Assembly: GCA_045644305.1 (NCBI GenBank)
Contig: JAZRGS010000075.1
Span: forward strand, 465 to 64,464
Source: Eubacteriales bacterium
Lineage (GTDB): Bacteria; Bacillota; Clostridia; Oscillospirales; CAG-382
DNA: 64,000 nucleotides
Direction of reading: 5' to 3'
The notes under the pieces: generated by a model
What the model was told of the DNA's origin: nothing
The model's database searches: none
What the model saw: only the letters and a program-made list of their open reading frames with translations
Position numbers and translations under genes: made by a program
Part shown: positions 44,556-53,493 of the stretch, in pieces
Numbering within the stretch: position 1 is the first letter of the stretch
Layout: each line of letters begins with the position of its first letter

Positions 44556-45530
44556 GTGTCTTCTGCATTTAAAAATTTCTTTTTAACCTTTGCAATCGCG
44601 CTTTTGGTTTTTGCGTTGCTTGCCTTTTTGTTGGTAAAGCCCGCTATTTTGAACCTTTTGAAGGATGACGATAATTCCGACGACACAAACGTTTCGGACT
44701 CGAGCGACGTCGGCGATGAATCGAGCGAGGATACCGAAAGTGACATACCGATCACCGATCCCGACGGCATCGATGAAACCGCGGACGTTTTCACGGCGGC
44801 GATTCTCTGCGTCGACTCTAACGGACGTGCGCTTAACACGGTATTTATCGACGCGAACGCGCAAACCAAGCGATTTATTTACTGCCCCATCGCTTCGACG
44901 GTAAAAACCGTTAACGAAATCGGCGTCACCGTTCCCATAGGCGACCTTTTCGCGACGATGACCCCCGAAAACATCGCACAATGCGTCACCGCAATGACCG
45001 GCATCGAAACAAATTATTGCCTTAAGTTTGACAGAAACGGCGTGCGCGCCATGGCGGCGATGATACCCGGCGCGAACGTAATTCTTACCGAGGACGTCGT
45101 ATTCATCAATCCCGCATACAAGGATTTCGTTCCCGAGCTCGGACAGCCCTACCCCGACGATTACTACATCACGATCTCCAACGTCGACGGCCGCGTGCTT
45201 CTTAACGAGCAGATCAACGGCAAATCCAAGCTCGACTGGCTTTTGGAATACAACCCCAACCTTGACGGAAGCGAATACAACGCGATTTATTCACTTATCG
45301 CAAAATCGATAATCACCCAGTTCTTCGAAAACGAATCGATGCTCAAGAGCACGTCGGTTATGACAAGCATTATTCAAAGCTGCGAAACCAACCTCACCTC
45401 GACCGACGCGACCGAGCATCTCGAAACCATATTCTCTTACAACGATTTTTCGATCCACAAGACCGTATACCCCGCAAGCTGGGAAACCGCGGTAACCAAG
45501 CTCCGCGAGCTCGACGGAAGATTTAATTAA
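44556..45530 (+). CDS. hypothetical membrane-anchored protein, possibly a divergent LCP-like fold
   Basis: 324 aa with a GTG start. It has an N-terminal TM helix and an acidic linker like the LCP protein at 8243. The core AAILCVDSNGRALNTVFIDANAQTKRFIYCPIAS...GIETNYCLKFDRNGVRAMAAMIPG loosely parallels the LCP core. Confidence 0.45.
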   Translation: MSSAFKNFFLTFAIALLVFALLAFLLVKPAILNLLKDDDNSDDTNVSDSSDVGDESSEDTESDIPITDPDGIDETADVFTAAILCVDSNGRALNTVFIDANAQTKRFIYCPIASTVKTVNEIGVTVPIGDLFATMTPENIAQCVTAMTGIETNYCLKFDRNGVRAMAAMIPGANVILTEDVVFINPAYKDFVPELGQPYPDDYYITISNVDGRVLLNEQINGKSKLDWLLEYNPNLDGSEYNAIYSLIAKSIITQFFENESMLKSTSVMTSIIQSCETNLTSTDATEHLETIFSYNDFSIHKTVYPASWETAVTKLRELDGRFN

Positions 45531-45547
45531 TTTAAAGTGAGTTAATT

Positions 45548-46834
45548 ATGAAAAAAGAATATTCTCCCGCAACAAAATGCATTCACTCGGGCTATGAGCC
45601 CGCAAACGGCGAGCCCTTGGCGCTCCCGATATATCAAAGCACGACCTATTCCTATTCCTCCCCGACCGAAATCGGCAAGCTCTTTGACCTCACCGCAGAC
45701 GGACATATGTATTCGCGTATTTCCAACCCCACGGTGGCTTGCGTTGAAGCCAAAATAGCCGACCTCGAGGGCGGCGTGGGCGCACTTTGCACAAGCTCGG
45801 GTCAGGCGGCATCCTTCCTGGCTATCGCGAACATCGCAAGTGCAGGCGATAACATCCTTGTTTCTTCCAAAATCTACGGCGGCACGACCAACCTTTTCGA
45901 CGTGACCCTTCGCCGCTTCGGCATCGAATGCACCTTCTTCGATCAGGATATCTCCAACGAGGAATTGAAGGCGCTTATCAAGCCGAACACCAAGCTTATT
46001 TTCGGCGAAACCATTGCAAATCCCGCACTTTCGGTATTTGACATCGAACGCATCGCAGCCGTCGCACACGAAGCCGGCATCCCCCTTATCATCGACAACA
46101 CCTTCGCGACAGGCGTGCTTTGCAGACCTATCGATTTCGGTGCTGACATCGTCGTGCTTTCGACAACCAAGTACATGGACGGCCACGCCGTACAGCTTGG
46201 CGGCTGTGTAGTCGACAGCGGTAATTTCGATTGGACCCAAAACGACAAATTCGAGGGTCTTTGCACCCCCGATAAATCCTACCACGGCATCGTTTACGTC
46301 GAATCCTTCGGCAAGCTCGCGTACATCACGAAGATGCGCGTTCAGCTCATGCGCGACTTCGGCGTTTACCCTGCTGCGCAGAATGCATTTTTGCTTGATT
46401 TGGGAATGCAGACGCTCGACGTGCGCTTGAAGCGTCATTGCGAAAACGCGCAAGCGGTTGCCGAATTCCTTGAAAACAGCGGCTACGCAGAATATGTAAA
46501 TTATGCGGGACTTGAAAGCAACAAATACAATGCTCTCGCAAAGAAATACCTTCCCAACGGCTGCTGCGGAGTTGTCTCCTTCTGCATCAAGGGCGGCAGA
46601 GAAAAAGCCGAAAAATTCATGAACTCGCTTTCGCTCTTCGTCAACGCGGTTCACGTTGCGACGGTTCATTCCTGCGTGCTTCACCCCGCAAGCTCGACCC
46701 ACCGTCAGTTGAGCGACGAAATGCTTGTCAAGGCGGGCATAGACGCAGGTCTTATCCGTATTTCGGTGGGCATCGAGGACATAAGCGATATTCTTGACGA
46801 CCTTAAGCAGGCGTTCGAAAAAACTTTCAATTAA
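45548..46834 (+). CDS. O-acetylhomoserine aminocarboxypropyltransferase / sulfhydrylase (PLP-dependent)
   Basis: 428 aa of the Cys/Met-metabolism PLP family. The PLP-lysine segment is STTKYMDGH. The N-terminus is ATKCIHSGYEP...PIYQSTTY. Confidence 0.85.
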   Translation: MKKEYSPATKCIHSGYEPANGEPLALPIYQSTTYSYSSPTEIGKLFDLTADGHMYSRISNPTVACVEAKIADLEGGVGALCTSSGQAASFLAIANIASAGDNILVSSKIYGGTTNLFDVTLRRFGIECTFFDQDISNEELKALIKPNTKLIFGETIANPALSVFDIERIAAVAHEAGIPLIIDNTFATGVLCRPIDFGADIVVLSTTKYMDGHAVQLGGCVVDSGNFDWTQNDKFEGLCTPDKSYHGIVYVESFGKLAYITKMRVQLMRDFGVYPAAQNAFLLDLGMQTLDVRLKRHCENAQAVAEFLENSGYAEYVNYAGLESNKYNALAKKYLPNGCCGVVSFCIKGGREKAEKFMNSLSLFVNAVHVATVHSCVLHPASSTHRQLSDEMLVKAGIDAGLIRISVGIEDISDILDDLKQAFEKTFN

Positions 46835-46904
46835 AATAAAAACCCTATTGAAATTCATAAACAAATGTGATATGATTTAAATAATAATTATGGAGGTGTT
46901 TACC

Positions 46905-47078
46905 ATGGCATATTCTATCGTTAACGATACTTGCATCGGCTGCGGCACCTGCGAGGCTGAATGCCCCGTAAGCGCTATCACTGTCGGCGATGATGGCAAG
47001 TACGTAATCGACCCGGAACTCTGCATCGAATGCGGCGCATGCGCAGGCGTATGTCCCGTAGATGCTCCTCAGGCGTAA
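46905..47078 (+). CDS. 2x[4Fe-4S] ferredoxin
   Basis: ORF from 46890, with likely start ATG 46905 (MAYSIVND) after GGAGG. Two CxxCxxCxxxCP motifs (CIGCGTCEAECP and CIECGACAGVCP). Confidence 0.85.
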   Translation: MAYSIVNDTCIGCGTCEAECPVSAITVGDDGKYVIDPELCIECGACAGVCPVDAPQA

Positions 47079-47096
47079 TTTTAGGGCCGAGACCCG

Positions 47097-47140
47097 ATAA
47101 TGCGTCCATAGGCTCGACCTGTGGACGCATTATTGTTTTT
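47097..47140 (+). terminator. rho-independent terminator after the ferredoxin gene
   Basis: 12-bp stem ataatgcgtcca / tggacgcattat with a 13-nt loop, followed by tgttttt. Confidence 0.6.
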
Positions 47141-47174
47141 CCCGTATTTTCAAATTTATTTTTTTGGAAAAGCT

Positions 47175-47894
47175 ATGATAAAGAACAAAATCAACGGCGA
47201 GCTTACAATTGTCGAGCCGACGGGAGGTATTCGCTTCGGGACCGACGCGCTTTTGCTTGCCGATTTCGCACGCGCGGCAAAGCGCGGGCATTGTATAGAT
47301 TTGGGCACCGGCTCGGGAGTGATTCCGTTGCTTATGCTCGCAAGCGGAAGCAACGCCGATTTTTCGGGGCTTGAGCTTCAGCCCGAATATGCAAAAATTG
47401 CGCAGGAAAACGCAGACAATAACGGATACGGCGACCGATTCAAGGTGATTTGCGGCAACGCGTCGGATTACAAATCGCTTTTCGAAAGCGGACGCGCCGA
47501 TTACGTTGTGACCAACCCGCCTTATATGCGTATCGACTGCGGCGGTCAGAACGAATCCACCCCCTTGAATATCGCAAGGCGCGAGGTTTTCGGAGGCATC
47601 GACCTCTTTTGTGAGGCGGCTTCTTGGTGCTTAAAAAGCGGCGGCTCTTTTTTTGCGGTCTACCGTCCCGACAGACTTGTGAATCTGCTTTGCGCGATGC
47701 GAAGCAACAGAATCGAGCCGAAGCGATTACGCGCCGTTGTCGCGTCTAAGGGCATGGCGCCCTCGCTGATATTGGTCGAGGGACGCAAGGACGGCAAGGA
47801 GGGACTTACCTACGAGCCCGACTTGGTGATATACTCCGACTCGACACACAAAGAACAAACCGAGGAAATTCGAGCGATATACGATCGCTTCTGA
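47175..47894 (+). CDS. SAM-dependent methyltransferase, tRNA (adenine-N6)-methyltransferase (YfiC/TrmN6)-like
   Basis: ORF from 47121, with likely start ATG 47175 (MIKNKING). SAM motif DLGTGSG and an N6-MTase TNPPY motif. Confidence 0.7.
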   Translation: MIKNKINGELTIVEPTGGIRFGTDALLLADFARAAKRGHCIDLGTGSGVIPLLMLASGSNADFSGLELQPEYAKIAQENADNNGYGDRFKVICGNASDYKSLFESGRADYVVTNPPYMRIDCGGQNESTPLNIARREVFGGIDLFCEAASWCLKSGGSFFAVYRPDRLVNLLCAMRSNRIEPKRLRAVVASKGMAPSLILVEGRKDGKEGLTYEPDLVIYSDSTHKEQTEEIRAIYDRF

Positions 47895-47910
47895 TTAAAG
47901 AAGTAAAAGC

Positions 47911-50900
47911 ATGAAAAAGGCGATTGCGGTAATTTTAATATTGCTTTTGATACTGCCTGCCCTGATTTCGGCAGGGGGTCTTCTTTTCGCGCCCAAATCG
48001 CTTTTTTACCGTCTCGATTCGCAACGAGAAATTGCACTTCAGGCGGCATTGGGAATCAAGAGCGGCAAGCAAAGCGCCGCAAATATGCTGCCCGACGGCG
48101 ATCGATTTATCGTCCGATTCAAGGACGATGCGCCGCTTAATGAAATCGAAAAAACACTCAAAAACAAGGACTTCAATCTGCTGGCGGACAGCAAAAGCAG
48201 GCTGTTTGCGATTTCGACCGACGAATCCTTTTTAAAGCACAATTCCGACGTAATCGACTATTACGAGCCCGATTTACAGCGCGCGCCGCTTGCAACCACC
48301 AACGACCCGATAACCCTTCCCGTTTACGAATCGATCGGCATCAACACGGCTTGGGACAGCGTCAGCGCAAACAGCGATATCATCGTTGCGGTGCTCGACA
48401 CCGGCGTTGACCGCACCCACGAGGACCTTGCGGGCACGAACATTTTGAACGGCTACGATGCGGTTGCGAAAACCGCGGGGGTAAACGGTGACAGCGTCGG
48501 TCACGGCACGGGTGTTACCGGCATTATCGCCGCTACCGCAAACAACGAGCTCGGCATCGCGGGCGTCGCACACGGAGTCACGATTTTGCCGATCAAGGTT
48601 TCGTCGAGCGGGGCGATAATCTATTCCTCCGACCTTATCGCGGGCATTCGCTTCGCCGCGGATGCCGGTGCGAAGATCATAAATATGTCGGTCGGCGGAT
48701 ATTCTTTTTCCGATGCAGAGCAGGAGGCTGTCAACTACGCACTTTCGAAGGGCTGTATTCTTATCGCCGCCTCGGGCAACGGCGGCAACACGCCTTATTC
48801 CGACCAAGAAAGCTATCCCGCATCTTACGAGGGGGTAATTTCGGTCGCTTCCTGCACACCCGACGGAAAGCGCAGCAGCTTTTCGCAATATAACGAATTT
48901 GTCGACGTTGCGGCTCCCGGTGAATTAATAACCATGCCCCGAACCGAAAACGGCGAATCGATTTATATCACCGATTCAGGCACGAGCTTTTCCTGCGCTC
49001 TTGTGAGCGGCATCGCTGCTTTGGCGGTTTCGCGAGCAGATAGCTCGGTTCGATTCGGATGCGACGAGTTTTTGTCGCTCATTATCGATTCCTGCGGAAG
49101 CAAGCGCAACGACGAGCTCGGCTATGGAATCATCAACGCGTACGAAATCATAAGACGCGCAAACCTACCGATAATCACGGGGGTTGCCGAGGGACAAACC
49201 TATTACGACCGTGTCACCATCGGCTTTAACAGAGGCGAGGGCTTTTTAAACGGCGAGCCCTTTGAGGACGGAGACGTCGTTATTTCAAACGGCAGACACC
49301 AATTCACCGTTATCGACAACGGCGCCGAAAGAACCATAAACTTCAGGCTTGATTACGTCCCCTTGTCCTATGAATTCAAGGAATTCGTCTCGTTTGCAAC
49401 CTTTGAATTCGAGCGCGGCGAGGCATTTCTCGACGGATTCCCCTATGCCTCGGGCGACAAAATAACCACCTCGGGCGTGCATCAATTTATTTTGATCGAC
49501 GGCGACGAGAGGATCGAAAAGCAATTCACGCTTGAATACGATCTGCCGATAGTTTTCGGCGTCGAGGACGGCAAGACCTACAATCACCCCATTGAAATAA
49601 AGATTCTCGGCACCGGCGGAGCAGAGCTCGACGGCGAGAAAATATTCGGCGAGGTTGTCGTTGCAACGCACGGAAGTCACACCCTGACCCTTACAAGCGG
49701 CAACGGTGCGGTCAGCGAAAGCTATGAATTTACAATCGATTTCCCCTTTTCTCAGCTCATCGAAAATGATTACGCGGGCGGCAAGGCGGCTATCGACGAC
49801 GAAAACGGCTATTTCTGTCTTTACGGCGATTCGCTGGTCGGCGCGAGGATTTATTCGCTCGACGAGCCCGAGCAATTTTTGCATTTCCTCCCTGTCGGCA
49901 GGGTTTATTCGCACGGCTTTACCGAAAGCTCGCTGTATTTGCTTACAGACGAGGGCGTGACCGTCATTTCGCGAAGCGATGCCTTGAACGGCGAAAGCGC
50001 GATTACCTTGACCTATAAAAACCCCGATTTGATAAATTACGTCTTTGCCGAGGGAGTTGTTTACGGCTTTTCCGACGAGCATATGTACAGGCTCGAGCTT
50101 GAGCGCGACATTATTCATCAGGTTGCGCGTCTGGGCTTTACCTGCGAAAGGGCATTTTACTCGAACGGAGAATTCTGCCTGCTTTCCCCCGCAAACGACA
50201 GAATCGTCAGACTTTTAACGCTTGAAGACGGAATTGTTTCAAGCTTTGACGCAGGCATAAATCTCGACGGTGTCCCTCTTTGCTACGGCGAGGGTTATTT
50301 GTCGGCAGGTTACAGGCTTTTTGACGTGGCAAGCGGCAGGGTTGCGCTTGAAACGCGTTCCTATTACGGAGTGAAAATCGAAAACGGCATTCTTTTCACC
50401 GAAAGCCGAATGATCGAAATCGCCTCGGGCAAGGAAATAGCAAGCTTTGCCTTTGATTTATCCGATATTTGCCAAACCGAGCGCGGGGTTTACCTTTTCG
50501 GGCTCGAGCAAATTATGGTCCGCATCGAGGGCGGAGTCGAGGGCGTCGCCGCATATTACGCGGCAGAGCGCAACAACTCAAGCCTTATCGCTTCGGAGCC
50601 GACGAACGTTTACACCCACAATCTTTACTTTGATAAGCATTCGACGCTATCTTCGGCAGCCACCGACGAGCAAAATTTGTATATGCTGTTCGAAGACAAA
50701 AACGCCGTTTTCAGCTTTTCGCTTTTAAACAACAGCGAAAATGAATCTATTCCTCTGCGATACACCCCCGAAGCGGTGTTTGCCGCGAACGGTTATATCG
50801 CAGTCACCTTCAAGCAGGAATCCTTGGTTTATCTCGCGCAATCGGCGCTCCCGTCGGAGGGTGTTTACGTCGATATTCCCGCAAAAACAAGCTCTGTCGC

Positions 50901-53376
50901 CGTGGGCGGAGGCCGATTCTTCGCAGTTTGCAACGGCAGACTCTTCTATTGCAACCTCGACGGAACGGCTCCGACCTTCACTCAAACGCGAGCGGAGCAA
51001 ATCGCCTGCGATTCAGGCAGACTTTATATCATCAATCAAAAAGTGCTTTCGGCGCACAATTTCGCCTTAACCGAAGCCATTTCGATAACCACCGAAGGCG
51101 GAAAGCTTTTCGTCGGCAGCGGCGTTGCGGTCGGCGGTGTTATCTACGACAAAACCCTGAATTCCGAATTCGCACGAATCGAGGATGAGGTTTTAGGCTT
51201 TAACGGCAACACCTTAATTACCGAAAAAGGGCTTTACAATCTCGTTTCCAAGCAATATTCCTGCCCTCTTTTGGAAAAGAGCCTGAATTTCGCTATAATC
51301 GGTGGAAACAGCAAGCTTGTTTCGATAGGTGAAAAATTTATCTCGATTTCTGGCTATGAGGACGGCAGAGAAATCAGCGCGATTCCCTATATCGACGGCA
51401 TCGCCGAAAACGGAATCTATTCCGACCGACTTGTAATCGATTACAGCCACGGCATCGGATATCTTGATGGCAACCCGATCGCTTCAGGCGAAGCGGTCAC
51501 CGAGGCGGGCGAGCATATTTTCCGCGTCGTGCTTCCCTGCGGCGGCGCAATAAGCATAAAATTCAAAATCGAAGCCAAGCTTGAATCGATCGAATTTCTC
51601 GGCGGCGACAAGGTTATGTCCATCGGTGAAACGATCGCACTCGGCGTGCTTTATCTCCCCGCGGGCGCGGGCTCTGTCCCCGTAAGCTTCAAAAGCGACG
51701 CTACGGGAATCACGGTAAGCGAAAACGGCGAGGTCACCGCTCATGAGGTGGGTGTTTACAGCGTTTTCGTAACAGCCGAAACCGATTACGGCATATTCAC
51801 AGCCGAATGTAAGATCACTGTACGCGACGACCTGATCGCATTCGCGCCCGAGCATGGCATCACCATCGACCGTAACAACCAAGTCGTTTTGGGTCTTAAG
51901 CCCGGTACGACTGCCGAATCGGTCATCGCAATGCTCTATAACAGCACAAACGTATTCATTTTAACGCCAAAGAACAGCGAGGCAAAAAGCACCGACGTTG
52001 TCGGCACAGGCTATAAAATAGTGGTCGGCGATTCCGAAAGCCTCACCGACGAGTTAACCTTTATTATCATCGGCGACACCGACGGCGACGGATATATTTC
52101 CGCCTACGACCTTTACGTCGAGGAGCGAATCCTGCGCGGATACACTTACGAGCTCCCCTACAAGGCGGCGGCAGACATTAACGGCGACGGAGTTGCCAAC
52201 GACAGCGATTACCGCGCGCTGAAATATCAGGTTTTGGGAACCGCCGAAGCCGAAGTCGGCACCCCCGACGAAAGCATATTCGGACTTGCAACCGCTCAAA
52301 CCGTAACGAGAATCGAAAGCGGAAGCATAATCGACGTCGCAATCTGCATAAGCGGATGCAAATATGCACGCGGCGTTTCGGGTGCAATCAATTTCGGTGA
52401 AGGACTTCAGTTCATCGAGGGCGAAAGCGTCGGCTGGGATTGCGATTTCAAGGAGCTCGACCAAAAAATAGCCTTCTTTGCTTACGGCGAAGACGGAACC
52501 GAATGCGGTCGTGCGTTCAAGGTGGTTGTAAACCTTAAATTCCGTGTCACCGCGCAAGCAGGAAAAACGGTTTCCTTCTCTTCCGAAGGGCTTACCGCTT
52601 CCTTTAACGACGGCTGCCGCATCATCCGATTCGAACCGAGCGAGCGTTTTGTTTACTCGACGGGCACGGGCGATTTTAATCTTGAAATCCAAAACGCAAA
52701 CGGCTTCAAATTCTCCCCCGACGTTTACGAATACAACATCGTCATCCCCTATAACAGCGCACTTTTAGACCTTTCGGTCACACGAAATATCGGACAAACG
52801 GTAAGTGTTTCGGGACTTACAATCCCCGATTCCGACGAAAGAACGATAACCGTAACTCTTAGCTCGCTTGACGGAAAATCGGTCTTTTACACGCTTAGGG
52901 TAAAACGCGACGACGAGCCGAGATTCGATACAAACTGCAAGCTGAACACGCTTGAAATCGAGGGCTTCAGGCTCGAGCCGCTCTTTTCGCCCGATATACT
53001 CGAATACGACGTTTTTGTGCCGCACGGCACCGAAAGCATCAACCTTTACTGCGTTGCACAGAACCCGTCGGCGCAGGTCGTTGTAAGCGATACGACGCTT
53101 AAGGGCAGTCACACAATCGTCACGGTGACCGTGGGCACGCCCGACGGCGAAATGCTGGTTTATACGCTAAACGTCGAGATTCTCCCGCCCGAGGAAGAAT
53201 CAATCCCCGACGTTATCGACGATAAAAAGGGCGATAACCCGATTCTGACAACGGTTATCATCGTTTTGATTGCGCTTCTAACCGTAGCAGGGCTTTTCTT
53301 CCTATATAAACGCAATAAAATCGACGAACCGATTTCAACCAACGACGATAACGAAACGCAAGCAAACAATCAATAA
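47911..53376 (+). CDS. giant surface protein: S8 subtilisin-like protease + repeat modules + Big_2 + dockerin + cohesin-like + two cadherin-like beta-sandwich domains + C-terminal TM anchor
   Basis: 1821 aa with a signal peptide. Catalytic triad: D in VAVLDTGVD (~48385), H in HGTGVTG (~48501), S in GTSFSCA (~48978). Four ~55-aa repeats fit the pattern G.(A/G)(F/Y)LDG.P...G..(I/V)...G.H.F. A Big_2-like segment lies at ~51580-51825. A dockerin (GDTDGDGYISAYD...DINGDGVANDSDY) lies at ~52060-52245. A cohesin-like beta domain lies at ~52290-52640. Two cadherin-like repeats contain (F/L)SPD(V/I)(Y/L)EY(N/D). A TM helix lies at ~53225-53300. Confidence 0.85.
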   Translation: MKKAIAVILILLLILPALISAGGLLFAPKSLFYRLDSQREIALQAALGIKSGKQSAANMLPDGDRFIVRFKDDAPLNEIEKTLKNKDFNLLADSKSRLFAISTDESFLKHNSDVIDYYEPDLQRAPLATTNDPITLPVYESIGINTAWDSVSANSDIIVAVLDTGVDRTHEDLAGTNILNGYDAVAKTAGVNGDSVGHGTGVTGIIAATANNELGIAGVAHGVTILPIKVSSSGAIIYSSDLIAGIRFAADAGAKIINMSVGGYSFSDAEQEAVNYALSKGCILIAASGNGGNTPYSDQESYPASYEGVISVASCTPDGKRSSFSQYNEFVDVAAPGELITMPRTENGESIYITDSGTSFSCALVSGIAALAVSRADSSVRFGCDEFLSLIIDSCGSKRNDELGYGIINAYEIIRRANLPIITGVAEGQTYYDRVTIGFNRGEGFLNGEPFEDGDVVISNGRHQFTVIDNGAERTINFRLDYVPLSYEFKEFVSFATFEFERGEAFLDGFPYASGDKITTSGVHQFILIDGDERIEKQFTLEYDLPIVFGVEDGKTYNHPIEIKILGTGGAELDGEKIFGEVVVATHGSHTLTLTSGNGAVSESYEFTIDFPFSQLIENDYAGGKAAIDDENGYFCLYGDSLVGARIYSLDEPEQFLHFLPVGRVYSHGFTESSLYLLTDEGVTVISRSDALNGESAITLTYKNPDLINYVFAEGVVYGFSDEHMYRLELERDIIHQVARLGFTCERAFYSNGEFCLLSPANDRIVRLLTLEDGIVSSFDAGINLDGVPLCYGEGYLSAGYRLFDVASGRVALETRSYYGVKIENGILFTESRMIEIASGKEIASFAFDLSDICQTERGVYLFGLEQIMVRIEGGVEGVAAYYAAERNNSSLIASEPTNVYTHNLYFDKHSTLSSAATDEQNLYMLFEDKNAVFSFSLLNNSENESIPLRYTPEAVFAANGYIAVTFKQESLVYLAQSALPSEGVYVDIPAKTSSVAVGGGRFFAVCNGRLFYCNLDGTAPTFTQTRAEQIACDSGRLYIINQKVLSAHNFALTEAISITTEGGKLFVGSGVAVGGVIYDKTLNSEFARIEDEVLGFNGNTLITEKGLYNLVSKQYSCPLLEKSLNFAIIGGNSKLVSIGEKFISISGYEDGREISAIPYIDGIAENGIYSDRLVIDYSHGIGYLDGNPIASGEAVTEAGEHIFRVVLPCGGAISIKFKIEAKLESIEFLGGDKVMSIGETIALGVLYLPAGAGSVPVSFKSDATGITVSENGEVTAHEVGVYSVFVTAETDYGIFTAECKITVRDDLIAFAPEHGITIDRNNQVVLGLKPGTTAESVIAMLYNSTNVFILTPKNSEAKSTDVVGTGYKIVVGDSESLTDELTFIIIGDTDGDGYISAYDLYVEERILRGYTYELPYKAAADINGDGVANDSDYRALKYQVLGTAEAEVGTPDESIFGLATAQTVTRIESGSIIDVAICISGCKYARGVSGAINFGEGLQFIEGESVGWDCDFKELDQKIAFFAYGEDGTECGRAFKVVVNLKFRVTAQAGKTVSFSSEGLTASFNDGCRIIRFEPSERFVYSTGTGDFNLEIQNANGFKFSPDVYEYNIVIPYNSALLDLSVTRNIGQTVSVSGLTIPDSDERTITVTLSSLDGKSVFYTLRVKRDDEPRFDTNCKLNTLEIEGFRLEPLFSPDILEYDVFVPHGTESINLYCVAQNPSAQVVVSDTTLKGSHTIVTVTVGTPDGEMLVYTLNVEILPPEEESIPDVIDDKKGDNPILTTVIIVLIALLTVAGLFFLYKRNKIDEPISTNDDNETQANNQ

Positions 53377-53453
53377 AAAGCTCGGAATGGCGATGCACCA
53401 TAGTTTTAAATCGCCTTAAAAGATTCATTTTTGCACAATATTGCGCCCAAACA

Positions 53454-53486
53454 AAAAACGCTTAGGCTTAAACCTAAGCGTTTTTT
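53454..53486. terminator. bidirectional terminator between the S8 gene and the tubulin-like operon
   Basis: Stem cgcttagg (53459-66) / cctaagcg (53473-80), loop cttaaa, flanked by an A6 run and a T6 run. Confidence 0.7.
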
Positions 53487-53493
53487 ATTTGCC

